From positions 320,284 through 384,283 of the forward strand of contig JAJDYY010000008.1 in assembly GCA_022824965.1 (NCBI GenBank): a stretch of DNA of 64,000 nt, written 5' to 3'. A model generated the notes under the pieces. The model saw only the letters and a program-made list of their open reading frames with translations, ran no database searches and was not told where the DNA came from. The stretch's first letter is position 1. Each line of letters opens with the position of its first letter. Below are positions 22,501-32,266 of the stretch, in pieces. Origin of the DNA: Gammaproteobacteria bacterium. GTDB taxonomy: Bacteria; Pseudomonadota; Gammaproteobacteria; UBA4575. The translations under genes were made by a program, and so were the position numbers.

Positions 22501-22902
22501 TTGAAAGACTGTTGCCGAAACTGCCATTTTCTTGCCCGAAAAAATTATCTGGATAACGTTGCAGGCAGGTATGAACAGGTTCCCTTCGAAAGACGAAAAT
22601 CATTGACCGGTCTTGGGTCATGCTGCTTTCACGGTGAATGGAATAGTACCGGCCTCGCAAGTGAGAGAATAAAGGAAGAGGATGTTCCAAAATTTCTGGA
22701 TCAATCGGGACGCGACTGTTTTTGGCCATACAAAGAAGGCATGTCCTTTGAAGCAGGGAAACTGCGTCAAAGAAAAGAGATTGAGGACAGCAGGACAAGG
22801 AAAAGTTTCTGCCTCATGAAGATAAGCATATTTCTTTCTGCTATAGCAGCACTCAGTGGACTTGTGTATGTCATTGATTTGATCAACACATGGAGTAGCT
22901 AA
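22501..22902 (+). CDS. Cys-rich small protein with C-terminal transmembrane anchor
   Basis: 133 aa with Cys clusters (DCCRNCHF, GSCCFHGEW, DCFWPY) and one C-terminal hydrophobic helix (ISIFLSAIAALSGLVYVIDLI). No family recognised. It lies 51 nt after the DUF2513 gene on the same strand. Confidence 0.45.
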   Translation: MKDCCRNCHFLARKNYLDNVAGRYEQVPFERRKSLTGLGSCCFHGEWNSTGLASERIKEEDVPKFLDQSGRDCFWPYKEGMSFEAGKLRQRKEIEDSRTRKSFCLMKISIFLSAIAALSGLVYVIDLINTWSS

Positions 22903-23004
22903 TCCAGAGACAAACAGCTCTTTCCACTTCACGCTCCAGAAACTTGCCGCAGTGTCAGTAGCAACCTTTACGGTATACCAAGTTATTTCAAAATTTTTCT
23001 GCTT

Positions 23005-23317
23005 ATGGGTACACAAAATTTAGAGGAAGATGACTCGACTTTATTGGAATTGACTAGTCAACAGCACGGCGTACTTGATATTTTGAAAGATAAAGAAACA
23101 GACAAGTACCCCTTGAGCAAGTGGTATCTGGATACACTTTATGCTCTAGATAATGATCTTAACCCGGATCGATTTTGCAAGCAGCCCATTCGCTAAAAGA
23201 GCTACAATAATTCAGGTAGGATTGGCCAGTGATGATGCAATGGTGAAGAGAAATACAAGACAGGCCTTGGAGAATTTGCTTGTATGTGGATATTCCAGTT
23301 TATCGGACTACAAGTAA
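23005..23317 (+). CDS. HEAT-repeat-like small protein, two overlapping ORFs (23005..23196 and 23153..23317); possible frameshifted gene
   Basis: ASDDAMVKRNTRQALENL and DKYPLSKWYLDTLYAL resemble PBS-lyase-type HEAT repeats. The two ORFs overlap in different frames. Confidence 0.3.
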
Positions 23318-23357
23318 AGGAAGATCAGATTCAACTACAGATTATATACAAAATACC

Positions 23358-26300
23358 TCACACCATTTCTTCGGATAACATCTTTGCCTGGGTTAGTACT
23401 AACTCAACCGCACCTTTCTGCTGATCGGGAGGGTATTTGTATTTCCGTAGTAACTGACGAATGAGAATTCTCAGTCTTGCCCGAACACTTTCACGAACTG
23501 CCCAATCCACAGTCAGGTTTTCCCGCAGTTTTTTTGCAATCTCCCTGGCTATCTCAACGAGCACGTCCTCGCCCATCAATTCCTGTGCAGACTCATTCTG
23601 AGCAAGGGCATCATAAAAAGCCTCTTCCTCATCCGACAGATCATGGGCTTCCCTTCGCTTCAGGTCTTCCTGGAATTGCTTCGCCATGGCGATGAGCTCT
23701 TCAATCACCTGTGCCGCTTCAATCGCACGGTTCGCGTACTTACCGATGGATTTCTCGAGAAGCTCACTGAATTTACGTTGCTTGACAACATTGGTGCGGA
23801 ACCTGGTTTTGACCTCGCCCTTAATGAGTCTTTGCAGAAGTTCTACTGCCAGATTCTTGTGCGGCATCTTCATCACTTCTTTCAGGAAATCATCCGAAAG
23901 AATGGAGATATCCGGAGACTCCAGGCCTGCGAGTCTGAAAACATCGGATACGCCCTCACCCACGATTGCCTGGGACAGCAATTGCCGTAATTCAAAGTCC
24001 GTATCTCGAGGTGGCTTCTCTCCGCTTCCGCCTTTTACGAGTGGTGCACGCACTGCCTGATGAAATGCCACTTCAGGGGCCAGTTCCATGGCTTCATCCA
24101 GGGTTCCGCACAATGCAAAGGCCTTAGTCAATTGCAGGACGGTATCGCAGTACCTGCGCTTGCCGTCTTCCTGTTCAAGCACATGATCCATGCAGGCCGG
24201 GATGATCTGAAGCGCGTTTATCCTGTACTCACTCCAGTCCACAGGGTGTAGCAGGTCTCGTGCGACCTGGATCTTCTCTTTAAGGATCCGTAACGCTTCA
24301 GATGAATCAATCGTCGGTCTGCCCTTCCCTTTTGCCGCACTGTAGGTTGCCAAAGCCTCCCTGAGTTGCGGGGCAATGCCGATGTAATCCACCACCAGCC
24401 CACCGGGTTTGTCCTTGAAGACACGATTCACCCTTGCAATGGCCTGTGCCAGATTCGCGCCCTGCATTGGTTTGTCGACATACATGGTCGCAAGACAGGG
24501 TGCATCAAACCCGGTCAGCCACATGTCTCGAACAATAACAATCTTGAGAGGGTCTGAAGGATCTTTGAAACGCTTCTCAAGGTCTTTCTTCTGTGCACGG
24601 CTGGTATGGTGAGGTTGAAGTTCCAGCTTGTCGGATGCAGATGCCGTCATGATGACTTTTATTGCTCCGGACATGTGATCATCAGAATGCCATTCAGGAC
24701 GCAGGGCCACGATCTGGTCATACAGCCTGGCACATATCATACGAGACATGGTCACGATCATGGCTTTGCCAGGCTGTGTCTGACTGCGCATCTCGTAGTG
24801 ATCGATCAGGTCAACCGCCACCTCCTTCAGGCGTGTATCCGTTCCAACGATTGCCTCCAATGCGGACCACTGGCTCTTGGCTTTCTCTTTCTCCTGCTCA
24901 TCCGCTGTCTCACTGTCCAGAATCTCTTCCACTTCCTCATCGATTTGAGGAAGCTCGGCCTGGTTCAGGTTGATCTTGGCCAAGCGTGATTCATAGTAGA
25001 TCGGAACGGTAGCGCCATCATCCACGGCCTGCTGGATGTCGTAGACTGAAACGTAGTTGCCAAAAACCGCTTGGGTGTCGCGATCATCCTGGGAAATAGG
25101 TGTTCCGGTGAACGCGAGGAACGTCGCATTGGGCAAGGCGTCACGCAGGGACTTGGCCAGACCATACTTGATGGCCCCACTCTCGCTATCAATTTTTGCT
25201 TTGAACCCATATTGAGTCCGGTGTGCCTCATCCGCGATCACCACAATATTGTGACGATCCGTGAGCACGGGGAATCGCTCCTCATCCGCATCCAGACCGA
25301 ATTTCTGCATGGTTGTAAAGAAGATGCCGCCCGAAGGCCGATCCATCAAATGTTCCCGCAGTTCTGCACGGGAATCAGCCTGTTTGGGCGTGTCGTTCAG
25401 TAGTTCGCCTGAATTCGCAAAGACATTAAACAACTGGCCATCCAGATCCCTTCTGTCTGTAACCATGACAATGGTGGGGTTCTCCAGCCGAGGCTCCGAG
25501 ATCAAGCGCCCGGCCAGACACGCCATTTCGATACTTTTTCCAGCACCTTGTGTATGCCAGACTACTCCGCCTTTCTTGTCACCCTCCACGTTGCTCGCAG
25601 TCACCACGCTCTCGACTGCTACTTGTACGGCATGGAACTGGTGATAGCCGGCAATCTTCTTGATGAGGGTTCCGTCATCTTCAAATAGACAGAAGTACCG
25701 CAGGTAGTTGAGGAAGATTTCCTTGTTGAAAACTCCCTGGATCAGGGTCTCGAGCTGCTGGTGCTGGCCTAGGGGGTCCAGTTCGACACCATCAATGGTG
25801 CGCCACCGCATGAATCGTTCCCTGTCTGCGGAGATTGACCCCAAACGTGCGTAGATACCGTCTGATATGACCATACAAACGTTATAGCTGAACAGGTCCG
25901 GGATATCCGCCTTGTAAGTCTGTAACTGATCGAATGCGGTCCAGATGTCCGCATCCTCATCCGCACCATTCTTGAGTTCAATGACGGAAAGTGGCAACCC
26001 GTTTACAAACACCAATACATCTGGCCTGCGGTTATGTTTGTGCCCTTGGATCGTGAACTGATTGACGACCAGCCAGTCATTGTTCTCCGGGTCTTCAAAG
26101 TCAATTACTTTGAGTTGTTTGCCGACTTCCTGGTTATCTTCGTGGAAAGTGACCTGGATGCCTTTGGTCAGCCACTCATGCACTTTCCGGTTGCAGGGCA
26201 TCAATGCCGGGATGTTCGGGTTAGTCAATTGAGAAAGTGCCGTGCTGATTGCAGATTTCGGGATATCAGGATTGATGCGAGTCAGTGCTTCCTGCAAGCG

Positions 26301-26447
26301 ATCTTGAAGAATGACTGAACGGTAGTCTTTGCGTTCCGGTTCCTGACCATCCGGGGCAATTTCATACCCGCACTTGTACTGATAGCCGAGTTCCTTAAAC
26401 CAGTCGATGCTTAACAGTTCAACTTGATCTTCGGTCACCAGCGCCAC
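23358..26447 (-). CDS. hsdR: Type I restriction enzyme R subunit
   Basis: 1029 aa with an N-terminal PD-(D/E)xK nuclease region (PDVLVFVNGLPLSVIELK) and SF2 helicase motifs (HTQGAGKS, VIADEAHR). Confidence 0.9.
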   Translation of the reverse strand: MALVTEDQVELLSIDWFKELGYQYKCGYEIAPDGQEPERKDYRSVILQDRLQEALTRINPDIPKSAISTALSQLTNPNIPALMPCNRKVHEWLTKGIQVTFHEDNQEVGKQLKVIDFEDPENNDWLVVNQFTIQGHKHNRRPDVLVFVNGLPLSVIELKNGADEDADIWTAFDQLQTYKADIPDLFSYNVCMVISDGIYARLGSISADRERFMRWRTIDGVELDPLGQHQQLETLIQGVFNKEIFLNYLRYFCLFEDDGTLIKKIAGYHQFHAVQVAVESVVTASNVEGDKKGGVVWHTQGAGKSIEMACLAGRLISEPRLENPTIVMVTDRRDLDGQLFNVFANSGELLNDTPKQADSRAELREHLMDRPSGGIFFTTMQKFGLDADEERFPVLTDRHNIVVIADEAHRTQYGFKAKIDSESGAIKYGLAKSLRDALPNATFLAFTGTPISQDDRDTQAVFGNYVSVYDIQQAVDDGATVPIYYESRLAKINLNQAELPQIDEEVEEILDSETADEQEKEKAKSQWSALEAIVGTDTRLKEVAVDLIDHYEMRSQTQPGKAMIVTMSRMICARLYDQIVALRPEWHSDDHMSGAIKVIMTASASDKLELQPHHTSRAQKKDLEKRFKDPSDPLKIVIVRDMWLTGFDAPCLATMYVDKPMQGANLAQAIARVNRVFKDKPGGLVVDYIGIAPQLREALATYSAAKGKGRPTIDSSEALRILKEKIQVARDLLHPVDWSEYRINALQIIPACMDHVLEQEDGKRRYCDTVLQLTKAFALCGTLDEAMELAPEVAFHQAVRAPLVKGGSGEKPPRDTDFELRQLLSQAIVGEGVSDVFRLAGLESPDISILSDDFLKEVMKMPHKNLAVELLQRLIKGEVKTRFRTNVVKQRKFSELLEKSIGKYANRAIEAAQVIEELIAMAKQFQEDLKRREAHDLSDEEEAFYDALAQNESAQELMGEDVLVEIAREIAKKLRENLTVDWAVRESVRARLRILIRQLLRKYKYPPDQQKGAVELVLTQAKMLSEEMV

Positions 26448-28057
26448 TAGATATCTACCTCTTCAAGAAACTTTTCGGCATCTGAAATGTGGAGTTCACC
26501 CGAGATAAGCCTAGGGAGGAGAATATCGCGGAGCTGGGAAAGACAGTCATTTTCTTGACTCGCAATCTTAATTTTTGCAAATATTGGAAAGCTGATTTCT
26601 TCATAAATTGACATCACGTAATCAGACGGGCGGATCAACTTAAACCTATCAATATCTGATTTACCCAAATGAATGACTGTGGTCGCCGTCTCTGTAGACT
26701 CAACTTCATAAAGCGGTCTTTCCAGCCCGAACTTAAGGAAAGCAGTGGGGATATTTGTATTTGGGATAAATTTACAGATTCGCTGGTTCATCCAAGAGTC
26801 CTTTCCTGTCCAGTAATAACACCTAAATTCACCATCCATCCCGACAACTAGGTCACCTGCTTTGATTAAAGTTCCTTTTGGATGTGCTTCTTCTGTAAAA
26901 ACTTCTGATCCACCTTTTGCAAGGTCTCTAATTCTCACAAGAGGCAATCCTCGCCTGTCAGAATTAAACAACTTGGACTTAAATGGCGCTCCATAAATTA
27001 CTTCACACAAATCGTAGATTGAAGCAATACTCCACCCCTTTGGGATCTCCCCAATCTCCGACTCCACCAAAGTATCAGGGAATAAATCACTGATTTCAGA
27101 CGGAAGACCCGTAGGATGGCCTTCTGCCTTTGCTCGGACAGGGTCAAAGTCAACAAACCATGATTTGAAGATTGCCTTGGCTATCTCTTCAAGGGTTTTG
27201 TTGGTTTTTTGGTTGAGTTCGATTTTGTCGTCGAGGGTGCCGAGGATATGGGCGATGGCACGTTGCTCGGAAAGAGGTGGAAGAGAAATAGCTATATGGT
27301 CTAAAGCTTCAGCAGGCACGCGTTGGCGCCCTGAAGTACCAGTCATCTGACCAATCGCATACTCACGAAACCTGTTCCATCTCGTCAGGTAGTAGGCGAA
27401 ACCACCATCTGTGACATCCGGGCGCCCACGGATAACTATAAATTCGGTAGAGCCATGTGCTGATATCATCTGCTTTGTAGCGTTGTAGCGAGCAATCTTG
27501 CCATTCTCAAGACATGGCGTGATTCGAGCCATGAGCGTGTCGCCATCTAGGAAGCGAGAGCCCCCACCTCTGAATTCACGCTCTTCTATTGCATACGTAT
27601 TTCTTGAATCTCCGTTGATAGCAGCCATGCCAACAAAAGGGTAGGTCTCGCCGCGGACAAGTTGCACCTTCGGATTAACCTCAACCGCTTGACTGAAAGG
27701 CACCTCACACCAATCTGAACTGCTTTCCGGGACAGGAAAAAGTGTTTTGTGCTCTTCTATAACCTGCCTAAAGCCACCACTGACTCGATTCATGTCCACG
27801 ACATCAACTGTATAAGGAAGGCTGGAGTCTTCGAAAGCATCCTGCAGTATATTGATCGTCCTGAAGTCCAACGGCGTATCGCCCTCGACTGCTAAATCAA
27901 GATCAGACGAATCTTTTGTTGTCCAAGTGGCACGGCTGCCAAATACCCATACCTTCACATCACTCGGCAAGTGAGTGCACAGGATATCCTGCACAATTTT
28001 CAAGTGGTCAGAACGAATATCAACGGAACTAACCAAGGGTCCGATTCTTCTTCTCAA
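26447..28057 (-). CDS. hsdS: Type I R-M specificity subunit HsdS with an in-frame N-terminal MNT-type nucleotidyltransferase (HI0073-like) domain
   Basis: Residues 1 to about 100 carry the NTase motif VFGSRATWTTKDSSDLDLAV plus LPYTVDVVD (MNT antitoxin-like). The remainder has two TRDs and the conserved HsdS central and C-terminal coiled-coil repeats. No stop or obvious internal start separates the two parts. Confidence 0.75.
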   Translation of the reverse strand: MRRRIGPLVSSVDIRSDHLKIVQDILCTHLPSDVKVWVFGSRATWTTKDSSDLDLAVEGDTPLDFRTINILQDAFEDSSLPYTVDVVDMNRVSGGFRQVIEEHKTLFPVPESSSDWCEVPFSQAVEVNPKVQLVRGETYPFVGMAAINGDSRNTYAIEEREFRGGGSRFLDGDTLMARITPCLENGKIARYNATKQMISAHGSTEFIVIRGRPDVTDGGFAYYLTRWNRFREYAIGQMTGTSGRQRVPAEALDHIAISLPPLSEQRAIAHILGTLDDKIELNQKTNKTLEEIAKAIFKSWFVDFDPVRAKAEGHPTGLPSEISDLFPDTLVESEIGEIPKGWSIASIYDLCEVIYGAPFKSKLFNSDRRGLPLVRIRDLAKGGSEVFTEEAHPKGTLIKAGDLVVGMDGEFRCYYWTGKDSWMNQRICKFIPNTNIPTAFLKFGLERPLYEVESTETATTVIHLGKSDIDRFKLIRPSDYVMSIYEEISFPIFAKIKIASQENDCLSQLRDILLPRLISGELHISDAEKFLEEVDI

Positions 28058-28466
28058 GCTGTATCAAGAGATAACGTGATTCTGCGAGAAAGTCAGGAGC
28101 ACTGTTTAAAACTTCTTGTGCCTTCTGTTCATCATACGTATGACTTGTGGTGCCTCTGTTGCGGCGATACTCTCTCCAAACAACAAGTTCAGCCTGCACT
28201 AACGACTGTTTGGATGCCTCACGTATCACATCATTAAAAGACATGTCGTCAACCTCTACAGGATTAGCAGAAGCTAGTTCCAGGTAGCGCTTAATCATTT
28301 TAAAGGACAACTCATAGGTAAATTCAAAAGCTTGAATTACAGCCGCCCTCATATGTCGCTTGAGACGAGGCTCAGCCATTGTCAACTCTGAATCATATAT
28401 CTCAAGAGCCTCTTCTAGTTGTGAAATGGCTTGTTTCAACGACGACAGGTCCAAAGGCAAAGGCAT
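28029..28466 (-). CDS. HepT-like HEPN toxin (HI0074 / NTase substrate-binding family)
   Basis: 145 aa with an intact Rx4HxY HEPN motif (RGTTSHTY) and HI0074-family N-terminus (LSSLKQAISQLEEALE). It overlaps the MNT::hsdS start by 29 nt. Confidence 0.7.
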   Translation of the reverse strand: MPLPLDLSSLKQAISQLEEALEIYDSELTMAEPRLKRHMRAAVIQAFEFTYELSFKMIKRYLELASANPVEVDDMSFNDVIREASKQSLVQAELVVWREYRRNRGTTSHTYDEQKAQEVLNSAPDFLAESRYLLIQLEKKNRTLG

Positions 28467-28544
28467 CTTTTATCTCCAATATGTAGGATATGAGCTAGTT
28501 GTTTCTCAAAAGTGATGCACGACTTATTTTCACGTCATCTCAGG

Positions 28545-30101
28545 CTATCCTGATCTTGCAAACCCCAACTTTTTTAGGTTTTCAGCGATAGTCTGATCAA
28601 GCTGAGCACCTTCAACCTGCTGCGTATGCAGTTGCGCAGCCAAGTGTCTCATCTTGTCTTCGAAAGGCTCACCGTCATCCTCTTGTGGCGCAGCCCCAAC
28701 ATAGCGTCCAGGTGTGAGGACAAATCCACTCTTCTCAATCTCATCAATGGATGCCGACTTACAAAAACCCAATACATCCTCGTACTCTTCTCCCTGCTTC
28801 CACGCATGCACTGTATCTGCAATCTTGGCAATGTCTTCGTCAGTCAGGACCCTGTTGACCCGTGTCTCCATCGTTCCCAGCTGACGCGCATCAATAAACA
28901 AGGTCTCCTCACGCCTGCCACGACCATTCGCAGTCTTGTCATTAGTCATAAACCACAGGCATACAGGAATCTGTGTGTTCAGAAACAACTGGCCCGGCAG
29001 TGCTACCATCACTTCCACCACATCACCACGGATCATTGCCTTACGAATCTGGCCTTCGCTGCTTGCGTTCGAACTCATGGAACCATTTGCAAGGACAACG
29101 CCGACCTGTCCTCCTGGTCGCAGCTTCCACAGCATGTGCTGCAGCCATGCGAAGTTTGCATTCCCCACAGGGGGTCTGCCGTATATCCAGCGAGGATCTT
29201 CCTCATACTTCTCTCCACCCCAGTCAGAAATGTTGAAGGGTGGATTTGCCATGATGTAATCGAACTTCAAATCCGGGAACTGGTCCCGTGCAAAGGTATC
29301 CGCGGGTTCTTTACCTAAATCTGCAGCAAATCCCCGAATCGCCAGGTTCATGGCGGCCAGCCGCCAGGTTGTAGGGTTGCTCTCCTGCCCGTAGATGGAG
29401 ATATCGTCCACCCGGCCACCATGTGACTGCACAAACCTTTCACTCTGAACGAACATCCCGCCTGACCCGCAACAAGGGTCATACACCCGACCAGTATGCG
29501 GCGAGAGGATGGCCACCAGGGTTTTCACTACATGTGAAGGGGTATAGAACTGCCCACCCTTCTTGCCCTCGGCTGAGGCAAACTGACCCAGGAAGTACTC
29601 GTAGACCTCGCCCAGCAAGTCACTGGAGTCGTATTTGTCACTGAATCCGATGGTGGAGATCAGATCAATCAGCTCACCCAGTACCCCCGGACCCAGCTGT
29701 GCCCGCCCGAAGCGTTTGTCCAGCTTCCCCCGCAGGGATGGATTTTCGTTCTCTATCAGGGTCATTGCCTTGTCCACAAGGGACCCAATATCAGGTTGCT
29801 TTGCCTTGGCTCTGAGAGATTCCCAACGTGCCTCTTGTGGCACCCAGAAGACATTGTCTTGTGTGTAATAGTCACGCTCCTCAAGCGCTTCTTCGAACTC
29901 AGCAGGGGTTTCGCTTAAAAAATATTCAGACGAGGGCTCTGACACCATGCGCCGGATTTCTTCCTGCTGCTTAATGAAGGTGTCTGAGATGTATTTGAGA
30001 AAGATGAGGCCCAGCACGATGTGCTTGTACTCCGCTGCATCCATCTGCGCGCGAAGCTTGTCCGCAGACGCCCATAACTTTTTCTTTAAGTCATCACCCA
30101 T
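28545..30101 (-). CDS. hsdM: Type I R-M DNA methyltransferase subunit (N6-adenine)
   Basis: HsdM N-terminal domain ([32 protein letters not shown]), AdoMet motif I (DPCCGSGGM) and NPPF catalytic motif. Confidence 0.92.
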   Translation of the reverse strand: MGDDLKKKLWASADKLRAQMDAAEYKHIVLGLIFLKYISDTFIKQQEEIRRMVSEPSSEYFLSETPAEFEEALEERDYYTQDNVFWVPQEARWESLRAKAKQPDIGSLVDKAMTLIENENPSLRGKLDKRFGRAQLGPGVLGELIDLISTIGFSDKYDSSDLLGEVYEYFLGQFASAEGKKGGQFYTPSHVVKTLVAILSPHTGRVYDPCCGSGGMFVQSERFVQSHGGRVDDISIYGQESNPTTWRLAAMNLAIRGFAADLGKEPADTFARDQFPDLKFDYIMANPPFNISDWGGEKYEEDPRWIYGRPPVGNANFAWLQHMLWKLRPGGQVGVVLANGSMSSNASSEGQIRKAMIRGDVVEVMVALPGQLFLNTQIPVCLWFMTNDKTANGRGRREETLFIDARQLGTMETRVNRVLTDEDIAKIADTVHAWKQGEEYEDVLGFCKSASIDEIEKSGFVLTPGRYVGAAPQEDDGEPFEDKMRHLAAQLHTQQVEGAQLDQTIAENLKKLGFARSG

Positions 30102-30166
30102 ATCAGTATCCTCAAGTCACCTGTAACGAGATCAGGCAGGACAAGATAACTATTCAAAACAAGATA

Positions 30167-30722
30167 CTATGGGAATTTAGCCGAACTTCCTAGATCGGGA
30201 TTTTTCGAATGCCGTATGAAAGGCATCCTCAATGTCCTTTGCAGCCCCCTTGTAGCTGGCCCTGCCACGCCGACTTGGGTGTGGGACACAGAAGAGTGAG
30301 CCGGAAAAACGAAGGTGCTGCGCTGCCTTCTATGCCCACCGCCCCTGTGCGATCACGGCAACTGGCAGTGCAATATCCAACAACTGCTGGCAAAGAGGTA
30401 TATTTTCATTAATTGCCTTCATACTAGGCTTCTCACCATATGCTCCAAAAGCATTCCATGGGGTGATGACAGATTTGGGAATACCCAGCCGATCATAAAG
30501 CGATTTACACCATTTGGCCGTCGAATCATTATTTTCGACATCGACGAAGCCCGAAACCACTGCACCGGAACCAGGTGTATGGACATTGCCGCCGGGGTCT
30601 TGTAACAGACTAAAAATTCCACCAGGTGATTCAGCGTGACCTTTTCCGATACGTGGCATCACAATACCTCGTTGCTCAGCGCTTTGGACAATGATGGCAT
30701 TCAACTTATCGTGAACTGTCAT
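30167..30722 (-). pseudogene. UDG-superfamily (MUG/family-2-like) protein disrupted by a frameshift
   Basis: The 130-aa ORF 30330..30722 shows UDG-like blocks (HTPGSG, LGIPKSVITP, LPVAVIAQG). A second frame continues for 51 codons (…FVFPAHSSVSHT…, resembling the MUG VLPNPSGLS motif) to a stop at 30167..30169. The frames switch within a C4/G4 run at 30342..30345. Confidence 0.4.
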
Positions 30723-30890
30723 ACAGGTTGGTTAAATACAGGTTATGGTTTTGTTATTTTAGCAAGCTGATTAGTATCGGGGTGGGTGGAGCAGGTACTG
30801 CACAAACATCACAACCCAAAATTATCTACTACCCTTTGTTTCCGTTAATCAGAGTTGGTTCACCTAACGGGAGATGAGGCAAGATTACTC

Positions 30891-31940
30891 ATGTACAACA
30901 AGAACTATGAAGGTAAGGCATGTGATGCCGTCGTGAAAGCCATCGAGAAGCGAACGGGCAAAATACGTGCACACATTCGCCGTCCCGAGGTGGATGGAGT
31001 CGGTCCGCCGGTGGATTTGCGCTTGAAGATAGGAGCCCAGGAGTATGTGATCGAGCACACGCGAATCGAGCTGTTCGAGAATCAAATCAAGATGGAAGTA
31101 ACCATCAGAGAGATCCTTGACTACTTCAAGGAAAATCTCTCACTGCCATTCCCGAGCCCGGCGTACTACGAGTTGCAATACCCAATTGACGTTTCATTGC
31201 CAGACGGAAAAGTCAAACGCAATCGTGCTTTGAAGAGCCTCGCAGACTGGGTATGCATGAATGAAGGGTTGCTGCGAGACAAGATGATGTGTTGGCCCGA
31301 GGGACCCTATGATCTCTACTATTCTGATCATTCTGTGTGTGGCAAGCCGGATGGTTTTTATTGTGCATTCGAATTGCGTCGCTGGCCAGATGCCGTCTCT
31401 ATCAGACAAAAACCCGGTTCTCTTTGGTCAAGACCGATTTATCCGGAAGATATGAACCCTCTGATAAGAAAAAGGCTGATGCGGGCATTTTCCAGGAAAT
31501 GCAAAAAGCTTGAAGCGTGCAAGATGGATGGGGCGCGGACGGTCCTGGTACTGGAAAGCGGGGGTCCAGGACTCACACATTTTAAGTTCAGGGGTGACCT
31601 CCTTCCAGGGATATTGGCAGAACACAAAAATGCGCCGGATGAGATTTTTCTGGTGCAGACCTATCACGATCTCTGGGAGGTCGTTCCCTTGAAGCATGGC
31701 AACGGTCATTGGCCTGATACGGGCATGCCTGAACTAGGCGGGTCTTATTACAATCTAAACAACTCTGACATTCCAAAATGGTTGGACAGCCTGCCTCGAC
31801 CTATGCGTGAGGGCCTGCAGCTGGATCGAATGCACATACCCTATGAACAGGGATTTGCATTTGAAAGCTTTGAGAAAGGTGAACTGAGTGACCTGACCCA
31901 AGCGAGACGGACAGAAATACAGACAGGCAATGGCACATGA
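30891..31940 (+). CDS. Hypothetical protein of about 349 aa, no recognisable domain
   Basis: Long uninterrupted ORF with the start set at the ATG at 30891 (the ORF track starts at TTG 30855). The N-terminal EVDGVGPPVDLRLKIGAQEYVIEHTRIE could be a degenerate PD-(D/E)xK-like element, which is speculative. The C-terminal half is rich in Trp, Pro and His. Confidence 0.5.
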   Translation: MYNKNYEGKACDAVVKAIEKRTGKIRAHIRRPEVDGVGPPVDLRLKIGAQEYVIEHTRIELFENQIKMEVTIREILDYFKENLSLPFPSPAYYELQYPIDVSLPDGKVKRNRALKSLADWVCMNEGLLRDKMMCWPEGPYDLYYSDHSVCGKPDGFYCAFELRRWPDAVSIRQKPGSLWSRPIYPEDMNPLIRKRLMRAFSRKCKKLEACKMDGARTVLVLESGGPGLTHFKFRGDLLPGILAEHKNAPDEIFLVQTYHDLWEVVPLKHGNGHWPDTGMPELGGSYYNLNNSDIPKWLDSLPRPMREGLQLDRMHIPYEQGFAFESFEKGELSDLTQARRTEIQTGNGT

Positions 31941-32044
31941 CCCAAAACTCAAATTAACGAGAGCAGTGAAATACAGATCTAACTTAGATTAAAAATTTTG
32001 GCACCACTACACCTAATTTGCAGGATTGCATTTAATCCCCAACA

Positions 32045-32257
32045 TCACACCTGCTGCCTGGACTCGATCCATTGGATCACTGTGTGTTCATGCCAGCCGA
32101 CCGAGCGTGCACCGGTCAGCTTGATCTGTTTGGGAAAATCACCCTTGGCGATCTGGGCGTAAATCGTGGAGCGGGAAAGTCCGGTCATGCGCTGGACATC
32201 CTTCAGTCTTACAATCCTGTAGTTCATAGTAGGTTCCTCATACTTTTTTGGTTGCAA
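32045..32257 (-). CDS. alpA: AlpA-family prophage regulatory protein (excisionase-like)
   Basis: MNYRIVRLKDVQRMTGLSRSTIYAQIAKGDFPKQIKL shows the HTH typical of Phage_AlpA. The start may be the internal Met at 32227. Confidence 0.8.
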   Translation of the reverse strand: MQPKKYEEPTMNYRIVRLKDVQRMTGLSRSTIYAQIAKGDFPKQIKLTGARSVGWHEHTVIQWIESRQQV

Positions 32258-32266
32258 TCTTCACAG

